Assembly: GCA_026387775.1 (NCBI GenBank)
Contig: JAPLLC010000220.1
Coordinates: 1,203 to 65,202 of the forward strand
DNA length: 64,000 bases
From: Candidatus Methylomirabilota bacterium
GTDB lineage: Bacteria > Methylomirabilota > Methylomirabilia > Methylomirabilales > 2-02-FULL-66-22
Direction of reading: 5' to 3'
The translations under genes were made by a program, and so were the position numbers. Below are positions 16,642 through 24,221 of this stretch, piece by piece. The notes beneath the pieces were generated by a model. The model did no database searches and had not been told where the DNA came from. It saw only the letters and a program-made list of their open reading frames with translations. The stretch's first letter is position 1; every line of letters starts with the position of its first letter.

Positions 16642-17961
16642 CTACTGCGTCGTCCCGAACCACTGCGGGAACAGCGTGCTCAGGGCAAACAGGGTGGACA
16701 TGATGGTCATGAAGATGGCGATGCTCACGTTGGCGATGTTCTGCCATCGGGTGTTCACCCGGTCGCCCATGAACTCCGGAGAGTTCAGGATCAGGATGAG
16801 GAAGAAGAGACAGGCCGGCAAGAGCGTGACGGCCACGATCTGGACGAACATGGTGATCGTGATCAGCGGCGCCCCCGGGATCAGCACCACCGCCCCGGAG
16901 CTCAGGAGCATCGCCAGGTAGACCACGTAGAACCAGGGCGCATCCCGCACGCTCTTGTTCAGCGAGTGGGCCCAGCCGAAGACCTCCCCCACGGCCCAGG
17001 AGGTGGACAGGGAGATGCACAGGGCCCCCAGGAAGCCCGCATCGAACAGGCCGATGGCGAAGAGCTTGCGGGCCAGATCTCCCTGGCCATGTGGGAGCAG
17101 CGGGACCAGGGCTTCCGCGGTCTGCTTGGCATCCTCGATGGTGATCGGCGGCCGGTGATAATAGAAAGCCGCGCCGGTGGCGATGATGATGAACGCCGCC
17201 ACGGTGCAGGTCACCAGCGAGCCGACGAATGTGTCGATCTTGCCGAACTTGATGTCGTGGAGGTCCAGACCCTTGTCCACCACGGCGCTCTGCTGGAAGA
17301 AGATCTGCCAGGGGGTGATGGTGGTGCCGATGTTGGCCAGGATGATGAAGAGCATGTCCCCCGTGAGACCGCCGGTGAGCGTCGGCACCAGCAGCCCCTT
17401 GGCGACCAGCCCCCAGCCCGGGGCGCTCGGCGTCTCCATCGCCCAGAAGGCCGCGGGGATGTAGACCAGGTTGAACGCGCAGAAGAACAGCGTCAGCTTC
17501 TCGAAGGTCCAGTACCTGCCCGTGATCACCACGACGAACAGGATGGCGGTGACCCCCAGGAACGTGATCCACGGTGAAACGCCGAACAGGCTCATGGCGG
17601 CCATCATCCCGATGTATTCGGTCACCAGGGTGAGCCAGTTGACGATCGCCAGGTCCACCAGCGAGAACCAGCCCCAGAATGGGCCGAACCCTTCGAAGAT
17701 GACCTCCGCGTGGCCGCGCTTGGTGACCGCGCCCAGCCGCACGGTCATCTCCTGGATGTAATAGGCCATGGGGACCAGGATGAAGAAGATCCAGAGGAGG
17801 CTGAAGCCGTACTTGGAGCCGGTTACGGCATACGTCGAGATGCCGCCGGCGTCGTTGTCGGCGACCATGGTGATGATCCCGGGGCCGAGCACGGCGAAGA
17901 GGATCAGGAGCCGCCGCCGAAAGCGGTTCAGGAGGTGGAAGGTTTTGCTGATCCAGTACAT
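16642..17961 (-). CDS. Nramp/SLC11-family transporter of the Nramp-related magnesium transporter (NRMT/NrmT-like) type
   Basis: The 439-aa polytopic protein has Nramp-type TM1 (GPGIITMVADNDAGGISTY) and TM6 (ANIGTTITPWQIFFQQS) blocks. The canonical DPGN is replaced by DAGG, and the canonical GAxxMPH by GTTITPW. The gene sits directly behind an M-box riboswitch. Confidence 0.8.
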   Translation of the reverse strand: MYWISKTFHLLNRFRRRLLILFAVLGPGIITMVADNDAGGISTYAVTGSKYGFSLLWIFFILVPMAYYIQEMTVRLGAVTKRGHAEVIFEGFGPFWGWFSLVDLAIVNWLTLVTEYIGMMAAMSLFGVSPWITFLGVTAILFVVVITGRYWTFEKLTLFFCAFNLVYIPAAFWAMETPSAPGWGLVAKGLLVPTLTGGLTGDMLFIILANIGTTITPWQIFFQQSAVVDKGLDLHDIKFGKIDTFVGSLVTCTVAAFIIIATGAAFYYHRPPITIEDAKQTAEALVPLLPHGQGDLARKLFAIGLFDAGFLGALCISLSTSWAVGEVFGWAHSLNKSVRDAPWFYVVYLAMLLSSGAVVLIPGAPLITITMFVQIVAVTLLPACLFFLILILNSPEFMGDRVNTRWQNIANVSIAIFMTIMSTLFALSTLFPQWFGTTQ

Positions 17962-18104
17962 GGGCGGTTCCGATCATTTGTCGACGCGGCGGCCGCTCGG
18001 CGCGGGCGGCGGAAATCCCGGGCGGCTTCCACCCCGGTACACGAGGATCCCGGGGCTCCTTCTTCACATAGCGGGCGGCGATGGGAATGCGCGATGCGCT
18101 GCAG

Positions 18105-18137
18105 AAACAAAAACCCTTTCCCTGGGTGGGGAAAGGG
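18105..18137 (-). terminator. Intrinsic terminator (expression platform of the M-box)
   Basis: On the minus strand it reads CCCTTTCCC-CACCCA-GGGAAAGGG followed by TTTTTGTTT. It lies between the riboswitch aptamer and the Nramp start codon. Confidence 0.65.
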
Positions 18138-18194
18138 TCAAGACCCTCGACCTTGGCACTTAACAGACGCGCCAACGTCTCCGATCTGCCGGAT

Positions 18195-18365
18195 TCCCCA
18201 CTCGTTCAAGTTTTGGCACCGCGCACCGTGAGAGGCCGACGGCCTCAGCCACTTCGAGCAAACCCTTAATCCGGGAGTGCTTGGTCTACCCGTCAACCAG
18301 CGTCTCTCGACGCCGCCGGGCAGCGGCCTGTGTGTCGCGCGGGAGCCTCACCTACCGAGGACCCG
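18195..18365 (-). promoter_or_regulatory. M-box (ykoK-type) Mg2+-sensing riboswitch aptamer
   Basis: The minus-strand RNA reads CCUCGGUAGGUGAGGCUCCCG...ACAGGCCGCUGCCCGGCGGCGUCGAGAGACGCUGGUUGACGGGUAGACC...AUUAAGGG...GGUGCCAAAACUUGAACGAGUGG. This reproduces the conserved M-box blocks as I remember them from B. subtilis mgtE: GUUAGGUGAGGCUCC, GCUGCCC, AGACGCUAAUGGGUCAAC, AAGG, GUGCUAAAGCUCUACGA. P1 pairing is CCUCG/CGAG. Confidence 0.8.
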
Positions 18366-18429
18366 TAACATGTTCTTTCGCTGCCATCACGCGGAGCCGC
18401 CACGGGCCGCCCCGCGAATATCCAACCGC

Positions 18430-18458
18430 TATTTAAGCCGAGATAGCCGGCCTGTCAA
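18430..18458 (-). promoter_or_regulatory. Sigma-70-like promoter for the M-box/Nramp operon
   Basis: The minus strand reads TTGACA-17 nt-TAAATA (ttgacaggccggctatctcggcttaaata), about 60 nt upstream of the aptamer. Confidence 0.45.
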
Positions 18459-18555
18459 CCCCCAAAGTGCATGCGTGCAAAGAAACTTTCTCCGATCCAA
18501 CCATCAGGCTCGCCGGTCAAGCCCTCCTATCCGCCTGGGCGAATATCGCCCCTTG

Positions 18556-19329
18556 CTACTGGCTCAGCGTCAAGACCCCCTGCATGGCGTCAAGCTGCAC
18601 ATGGAACCGCGAAAGGAAAGTGTTGCCCAGCAGACCCGCCACCTGAAGGGCCCCGGGCAGGTCGAACACCACGACCTGCACGTCCCGCGCCTCGGCCCCG
18701 CCCACCTGGATGGACTCCACGCTGGCGACAGGGGCGCGGATCATGCCCGAGGCGGTGGCGATGGTCACCATCGGCGAGCCGGAGCCGAAGGAGATGCCCA
18801 GTTCCTGCGCCAGCCCCGTCGAGATGGTGGTAAGACTGGCGCCCGTGTCCACGACGAACAGGGCCTCGCGGCGCCCGTTCATCAGGGCGCGCACAAGAAA
18901 GGCGTTGCCCGCGCGGATGAGGGGCACGGCGACCTTCCAGCTCTGCGAACTCGGCAACTCGGCGGAACCGCCCAGGTTCACGTCCACCTGCGCCGTGGCC
19001 CCTGCCCGCACGGTCACAGCCCTGCTGGAAGAGGTGAAACCCTGTTTGGAGACGTTCAGACGGTAGTTCCCAGGAGACACGCGGCTGAAGGTGAATCGCC
19101 CCTGGCTGTCACTACGGACGCCGCCCACACCCTCCAGGACGACGTCCGCCCCCTCCAGCAAGACGTTGTTCTGGGAGAGCACGCTGCCCATCACCGCCCC
19201 CAGCGAGGACGAATCCTGCGCCCGAGCCGGGGTTGGCAGGAACAGCAAGACTACCAATGCTGCCACAAATGTCCGCACGAAGTCCTCCGACGTTCGGGAA
19301 AATATAATAGGGGTAGCATTATCTGTCAT
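18556..19329 (-). CDS. Secreted CarboxypepD_reg-like domain + retropepsin-like (clan AA) aspartic protease
   Basis: It has a signal/anchor segment (FVAALVVLLFLPTPARAQD). A beta-sandwich regulatory-like domain follows (GSVLSQNNVLLEGADVVLEG...DSQGRFTFSRVSPGNYRLNVSKQGF). The C-terminal retroviral-type protease fold carries the catalytic FVVDTGASLTTIS. Confidence 0.65.
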   Translation of the reverse strand: MTDNATPIIFSRTSEDFVRTFVAALVVLLFLPTPARAQDSSSLGAVMGSVLSQNNVLLEGADVVLEGVGGVRSDSQGRFTFSRVSPGNYRLNVSKQGFTSSSRAVTVRAGATAQVDVNLGGSAELPSSQSWKVAVPLIRAGNAFLVRALMNGRREALFVVDTGASLTTISTGLAQELGISFGSGSPMVTIATASGMIRAPVASVESIQVGGAEARDVQVVVFDLPGALQVAGLLGNTFLSRFHVQLDAMQGVLTLSQ

Positions 19330-19540
19330 ATTTCCTCAGTGACACCACCGAGGGATCTCGGCCTGCCACCGGGCCGCCTGGGCGGCGCCGCGCCGGGCAG
19401 CGGTGGAGATGTTCCTACGGGCCCGCCCGAGGGCGCGGGCACGTCAGCTCAATCCCCCGACCCAGCCGTGATCTCTTCTGCCGAGAAGGCGCACCCGGAC
19501 TGTATCACCAGCGCGAAACGGCCTCCGGACAAACTCACTC

Positions 19541-19966
19541 CTATGCAACCTGCCTCCCGCGACTTTCGGCCAAGACGAATTCGCCTCCGGTCACGGCCGC
19601 CAAGAGTTCGTTGAGCCGCGCGATACTCGGAACCGAACGCCCCTGTTCATATCGCGCATAGCTGTTGAGGGAGCGCGCGCCCAGCCGCCGCGCCGCCTCG
19701 GCCAGGGTGAGCCCGCGGCGCACCCGCTGACGGCGGAGCAACAGGGCGGTCAGACCTGCCACCTGTGGCGAGCCCACTTCGAAATACTCCCCGACGCCCG
19801 GGAACACCTCCACGCGGAACTTCTCCTGGTTCGCCAGCGCCTCGATGGCATCCGCGATCATCGCGAAGGCATCCTTCCGGGTTCTCCCTTGCGTGACGAC
19901 GCCGAGAATCGGCACCTCGATGGCCCAATGGCGCCCAACCTTGAATACCCGTCCGACGAACCGCAT
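19541..19966 (-). CDS. hicB: HicB-family antitoxin with C-terminal XRE-type HTH
   Basis: The N-terminal HicB fold (GRHWAIEVPILGVVTQGRTRKDAFAMIADAIEAL) is followed by an HTH (RRGLTLAEAARRLGARSLNSYARYEQGRSVPSIARLNELL). Its start overlaps the stop of the upstream small ORF (TGATG). Confidence 0.75.
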   Translation of the reverse strand: MRFVGRVFKVGRHWAIEVPILGVVTQGRTRKDAFAMIADAIEALANQEKFRVEVFPGVGEYFEVGSPQVAGLTALLLRRQRVRRGLTLAEAARRLGARSLNSYARYEQGRSVPSIARLNELLAAVTGGEFVLAESRGRQVA

Positions 19967-20151
19967 CAGTCTTTCCCTCCCGCTTCCCTGAGAATGGCCT
20001 TCGCCGTGTACTCGTTGATCTCCGCATAGGGAGTTGCCGTTCGAGTTCCCGCCGTTTCATGGCTGGATGTTACACCAATGCGTGTAGCAATGCAATTCGG
20101 GGGCGTGCGCCATGCCCGCCGGACCTTCTTGCGGCTGCCGGGGTCCTCCAA
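19966..20151 (-). CDS. hicA: HicA-like toxin ORF, start codon uncertain (possibly degenerate)
   Basis: The frame encodes ...KKVRRAWRTPPNCIATRIGVTSSHETAGTRTATPYAEINEYTAKAILREAGGKD. The SSH...TP...EIxxxTxKAILREAG pattern resembles the HicA GSH...vP...l..gt...Il+qaG. The only in-frame start is a TTG without an RBS, so it may be a decaying toxin gene. Confidence 0.4.
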   Translation of the reverse strand: MEDPGSRKKVRRAWRTPPNCIATRIGVTSSHETAGTRTATPYAEINEYTAKAILREAGGKD

Positions 20152-20177
20152 CTTGCTTGTTGGTCCGAGTACGCGAT

Positions 20178-21368
20178 TCAGCGGGAGGCCGATCGATTCT
20201 CCCCGGCGTCGGCGCTCTGGGGGGCGCCGCGGGGCGGGAAGAATCCGAAGAGTAGGAGAGAGGCGAGCGTCGTCACTCCAGCCGCGCCGAAGGCGAACGA
20301 GAAGGAATAGCGGTCCGCCAGGAAGCCGACGAGTGGCGGCACCACGCCGGCGCCGATGAGCGATGCCAGGATCAAGACCATCGAAACGGCCACGTTGCGG
20401 ACCGGGAGGGGAAACACCGAGGAGAGCAGGGAGAATCCTGCGGGATAGAAGGACGCGGCGAATGCCGCCTGGAGAAAGATCAGGGGCGGGGTGATCCATG
20501 GGCCCCGAAGAACCCCAAGCAGCACGGCACAGGTGCCCGCTGCGCCCAGAGAAAGCCTGACGGTGCGCAGGCGGCCGATCCGATCAGCCAGGGCGCCTGC
20601 GACGAACACGCTGAAGAGCGCCGAGAGGCGGGAGAGCCCGGTAACCAGATTGGCGGGCGTACGATCCATTCCCACGTCGTTGACCAGAAAGAGCGGCATC
20701 ATGGTATAGAGCCCGAGCCCCACGCCAATCGAGACTGCGAAGAGACTCGCCACGCCCCAGAAGGTCCGATCGCAGACGAGACGCGCGATCGTGGCCCCGC
20801 TCGGCGGATGGGCCCGCGAGCTCTTTCCCAACCCGGACAGCAGAAAGATCCCGCTGAGGAGAATGGTCGGAACGCCCATCGCGCCCAGGACGCCACGCCA
20901 CGCGAAGAATCCCAGCAGGAGTTCGGCAAGGAGCGGCGCGCAGACATATCCGAGATTCGGCCCCAGCTCGTGAACCGCCAGCGCTTTTCCCCAGGAGCCT
21001 TCGCGGGTGTTCTCCGTCAGGACCGCGACGCCGGAGGGGAGGTACAGGCCGGAGCCGATGCCAAGGAGTAACAGGTCCATCCGGATCCAAAGGAGGGATG
21101 GGGTGCAGGAGATCGCGAGCAGCGCGGTGCCAAGCGTGATCCCAGACGCAGCGATCGTGGCGCGGTGGCTGAGCCAGGACGCGACATAGCCCGACAGGAA
21201 CAGGCCAGCGCAGTACCCGAGGGTGATGAAGAAATACAGCGACCCGGCGCTGCCATGTCGCAAGCCGAACTCGCGCTCGACGACGGGAAGGAGGGGACCC
21301 ACCGAAAGTCGGGAGACGATATTCAGGAAGAACAGCACGACCAGGAACGAGAGCAGGGCCACCGGCAT
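20178..21368 (-). CDS. MFS transporter
   Basis: It has about 12 hydrophobic segments and an MFS-like loop 2-3. The start is taken at MPVALLSFLVVLFFLN (ATG 21368). The longer ORF start at 21488 adds a non-membrane leader. Confidence 0.8.
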   Translation of the reverse strand: MPVALLSFLVVLFFLNIVSRLSVGPLLPVVEREFGLRHGSAGSLYFFITLGYCAGLFLSGYVASWLSHRATIAASGITLGTALLAISCTPSLLWIRMDLLLLGIGSGLYLPSGVAVLTENTREGSWGKALAVHELGPNLGYVCAPLLAELLLGFFAWRGVLGAMGVPTILLSGIFLLSGLGKSSRAHPPSGATIARLVCDRTFWGVASLFAVSIGVGLGLYTMMPLFLVNDVGMDRTPANLVTGLSRLSALFSVFVAGALADRIGRLRTVRLSLGAAGTCAVLLGVLRGPWITPPLIFLQAAFAASFYPAGFSLLSSVFPLPVRNVAVSMVLILASLIGAGVVPPLVGFLADRYSFSFAFGAAGVTTLASLLLFGFFPPRGAPQSADAGENRSASR

Positions 21369-21672
21369 CGATCGGGAATGGCCGCGTGGCTCGTCTGCGG
21401 AGTTCGTTGAAGCACAGAAGGCCAATGTCGTGTCCGCTCCCACTCCCGGCTCGATTCGCCGCTGTTTGACCAAATCAGGGTGCCACAAAGTGCATCATAT
21501 TGCCATGTAAAACGGCTTGATCGTGATGAGGAGTCGATCCTTTCGCCGGCCACGCACCACGATCCTTGTTCGCCAATGACGGGTACGCGAACACATAATA
21601 GCTTGCGTGTCCCGCAATACGGTCTCAGAATCGGCCGGTGCTGATTCACCGCCAATCGGAAGGGAGGGAGTC

Positions 21673-22164
21673 ATGAACCCCTACGCGAAGTACTTGGAGA
21701 ATCGCGAACCGCTCACGGTCGCGGCCGCCACGCCCGCAAGAATCGTCTCGCTGATTCGCGGGCTCACCCCCCGGCAGCTGGCAAGACGCCCGGCGCCGGG
21801 CAAGTGGTCGATCCGGGAGATCATCAGCCACCTGGCGGACACCGATATGGTCATGGATTGCCGGGCGCGCTGGATCGCGTTCGAGGATCACCCCACACTC
21901 GTCCCCTTCGATCAGGAGAAGTGGGCCGCAGGCCGGGCGCGCGAGAACGAACCGCTGGCGGAAACCCTCGAGCGATTTCGGCTGCTGCGGAGATCCCAGG
22001 TCCGGTTGTATCGCCATGCCTCGAAGACGGACTACCGGCGGACCGGGTTCCATCCGGAGCGCGGCGTCGTCACTCTGCGGGTGCAGTTGGAAACGCTCGC
22101 CGGCCACGACCTGAACCATCTGGCGCAGATTCAGCGTTTGGCGGCACAGCACAAGGCGAGGTAG
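21673..22164 (+). CDS. DinB-superfamily (DinB_2-like) metal-dependent protein
   Basis: The four-helix DinB pattern shows His residues in IISHLADTDMV and LAGHDLNHLAQIQRL. ATG 21673 follows GGAAGGGAGGGAG. Confidence 0.7.
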   Translation: MNPYAKYLENREPLTVAAATPARIVSLIRGLTPRQLARRPAPGKWSIREIISHLADTDMVMDCRARWIAFEDHPTLVPFDQEKWAAGRARENEPLAETLERFRLLRRSQVRLYRHASKTDYRRTGFHPERGVVTLRVQLETLAGHDLNHLAQIQRLAAQHKAR

Positions 22165-22548
22165 ATGAGTGTGCGGACACCAACGCTGCGGCGTTCGCGC
22201 GGGCCCCTCCTCGTTCTGGCCTTGGGGCTGCTGCTCGCCCTGGGAGGTTTATGGGCCATCTGCGCCTGGTCGGAGGATCTGCCCCTCCTCGCGGATCGCC
22301 ACAAGAACGCCGGGCTCACGTGCGGCGCCTGCCACGACGAGGGCCGACCGGAGACGGAGCCCCCGGCGGCAGGGTGTGTCCGGTGTCACGGGGATCTGAC
22401 CAAGGTGGGAGAGCGCACCTGGGCAGTGTCGCGGAACCCCCACGCATCCCACAAGGGCGTTGTGGAATGCAGGATGTGCCATCACGCGCATCGCCCCTCG
22501 ACCGATTGGTGCGCGCAATGTCACACCTCCGGCTTTCGGGTGCCCTGA
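22165..22548 (+). CDS. Small tetraheme cytochrome c (STC / flavocytochrome-c3 N-domain type)
   Basis: It has a signal peptide and four CxxCH sites (CGACH, CVRCH, CRMCH, CAQCH) plus NPHASH. Their spacing mirrors the Shewanella STC/Fcc3 heme domain (CDSCH...CVSCHG...NAHASH...CTSCHSAHE...CDSCH). Confidence 0.8.
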   Translation: MSVRTPTLRRSRGPLLVLALGLLLALGGLWAICAWSEDLPLLADRHKNAGLTCGACHDEGRPETEPPAAGCVRCHGDLTKVGERTWAVSRNPHASHKGVVECRMCHHAHRPSTDWCAQCHTSGFRVP

Positions 22549-22554
22549 TGGTCT

Positions 22555-22746
22555 GTGCACAGCTTCGAATTGACGAATCTGGCGGGAAAGCCTACCGCGG
22601 GTCTCCTGAAGGATGTGGTGAACGTGCCGCGGCGGCAGACCGTGGAGGTCGACTTCGTGGCCGACAATCCGGGGCCCTCCCTGCTGCACTGCCACATGCA
22701 GGAGCATCAGGACTTCGGATTCATGACGCTGGTCACCTATGCGTAG
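22555..22746 (+). pseudogene. C-terminal remnant of a multicopper oxidase (last cupredoxin strand set only)
   Basis: The 63-aa ORF contains the type-1/trinuclear copper signature LLHCHMQEHQDFGFM (HCHxxxHxxxGM). The frame opens only 2 codons upstream, right after the cytochrome stop. More than 400 aa of a normal MCO are missing. Confidence 0.6.
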
Positions 22747-22891
22747 ACGGTGGAGCGCACGGCCTCCTCGATGCTCGGCTGTCCGAGGCCGCAACGCGCC
22801 TCGCCTGCCGCGGTGGGAGACGCTTGAGCGAGGGGAAGGTTGGAAATATCGCGGGGGGCACCCTCGCGCCCATAGATGCAACAAGATTACC

Positions 22892-22920
22892 TTGACATGC
22901 AATTACAAGAATCCTATATC
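22892..22920 (+). promoter_or_regulatory. Sigma-70-like promoter upstream of the ankyrin gene
   Basis: TTGACA-17 nt-TATATC (ttgacatgcaattacaagaatcctatatc) lies in an AT-rich stretch. Confidence 0.4.
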
Positions 22921-22974
22921 CTCTCCTTATCCCCACAAGAACAAGTTCTCATAGAGTAAAGAAGGGTTGCCGCG

Positions 22975-23856
22975 ATGAGGAAGATAGTGTTCTTTGCTCT
23001 TGTGCCGTTGCTGATCCTTGCAGTGGCCAATGTCGTTTGTCTTGCTGACGTAAACGACGATTTGTTTGATGCAGCGCAACGAGGCAATGGGGAGAAGGTA
23101 AAGCTACTGCTGACAAAGGGCGCCGACATCAACTACAAGGATAAGATAGTACTCGGCCACACGCCCATGACGATCGCGGCGGCCTTTGGCCATACCGAGA
23201 TCGTGAGGCTATTGCTCGACCACGGAGCACCGGTAGACCAGCAAAATGAAGATGGCGTCACTACGTTGCAGTGCGCCGCCTCTACCGCAAAGAGCGAGAT
23301 GGTGAAACTGCTTCTCGACAAGGGGGCGGATGTGAATCACAGGGACAAGTCCGGTAGAACCCCACTATTCGACGCGGCCTGCCGCGACTGCCCGCCCGAG
23401 AATGCGCGGCTGCTGCTGGCCAAGGGCGCCGATGTGAACGCCAAGGACACGAAGGGAAGAACAGCCTTCTATTTCGCCCAGGCAAACGCTAATCAAGATG
23501 TCATGGCGGTGCTGGTCAAGGCGGGAGCCAACGGGGGAAAGATGCCGGCGGCGCTGCCGTCGGGACTCACCGCAGCAGACACAGAGTTTCTGGCGGGAGA
23601 GTGCAAGATCGGACAGCCTGACATCGATGTCATCCCAAAGCTGGACGCGAAAACGCAGCAGATGCTGCTTTCGCGAATTGCTATGCGTGATTGCGCTCTC
23701 CTTCGTTCCTTCACGGCGGTGCGGAACTACTACAGACGGCTCAATCCGAAAGTGGCCCTGCCGATGCCGCCCGCCGAATGGGTCAACGCGGACATATACC
23801 TGACCGAAGAGGAGTTCAATCAGTATGTGAAAATTATGAATGAAGCGCCTTTTTGA
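22975..23856 (+). CDS. Secreted ankyrin-repeat protein with an uncharacterised C-terminal domain
   Basis: It has a signal peptide (MRKIVFFALVPLLILAVANVVCLA). At least four ANK repeats follow (LLLTKGADINYKD, GHTPMTIAAAFGHTEIVRLLLDHGAPVDQQ, TTLQCAASTAKSEMVKLLLDKGADVNHRD, RTPLFDAA...ARLLLAKGADVNAKD). GC content is markedly lower than the surroundings by eye. Confidence 0.85.
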   Translation: MRKIVFFALVPLLILAVANVVCLADVNDDLFDAAQRGNGEKVKLLLTKGADINYKDKIVLGHTPMTIAAAFGHTEIVRLLLDHGAPVDQQNEDGVTTLQCAASTAKSEMVKLLLDKGADVNHRDKSGRTPLFDAACRDCPPENARLLLAKGADVNAKDTKGRTAFYFAQANANQDVMAVLVKAGANGGKMPAALPSGLTAADTEFLAGECKIGQPDIDVIPKLDAKTQQMLLSRIAMRDCALLRSFTAVRNYYRRLNPKVALPMPPAEWVNADIYLTEEEFNQYVKIMNEAPF

Positions 23857-23865
23857 ACAACCACC

Positions 23866-24100
23866 TAATGGGGGACGTTGGTGCGGAAACAACTTGGCGA
23901 CACTCGACCAACTCGGACGTGGGATCGGTCCGGGTAGCACGATTCACCGCCGAGGTGGTCACATCCAGGAACCCGACCTCCGTGACCCCGGGATACCCGA
24001 GATACGGGACCGCGCGCTGGCACAAGCACCGATGGGCGTCGCGTGGCAACTCGGGAGTGGCATTGATGGCAAGCTGTTTCCGCACCAACGTCCCTCATTA
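23866..24100. mobile_element. Family-D MITE (~235 bp) with ~27-bp terminal inverted repeats flanked by TA
   Basis: The left end is TAATGGGGGACGTTGGTGCGGAAACAAC. The reverse complement of the right end is TAATGAGGGACGTTGGTGCGGAAACAGC. It contains no ORF of transposase size. A TA at both ends is compatible with an IS630/Tc1-mariner-type duplication. Confidence 0.55.
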
Positions 24101-24221
24101 CGCGTATCTTCCCGCTTGGCGACCACAAAGGGCGCTGTGGCTGCGATGGGAGGCCTCAGACAGGCTCCCTCTCCGCAGGTCCGCCTATTCCTTCATCATC
24201 CGGACCCACACCCTCGGTCCG

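Noticed and set aside
19966-20060. Alternative-frame peptide MKRRELERQL... that looks like a HicA N-terminus, suggesting a frameshifted hicA
   Set aside because: The other frame gives a continuous HicA-like pattern (SSH...TP...AKAILREAG) across the same nucleotides. The MKRRELERQL frame runs on into hicB with nonsense sequence. The resemblance is probably coincidental, though a scrambled toxin cannot be excluded.
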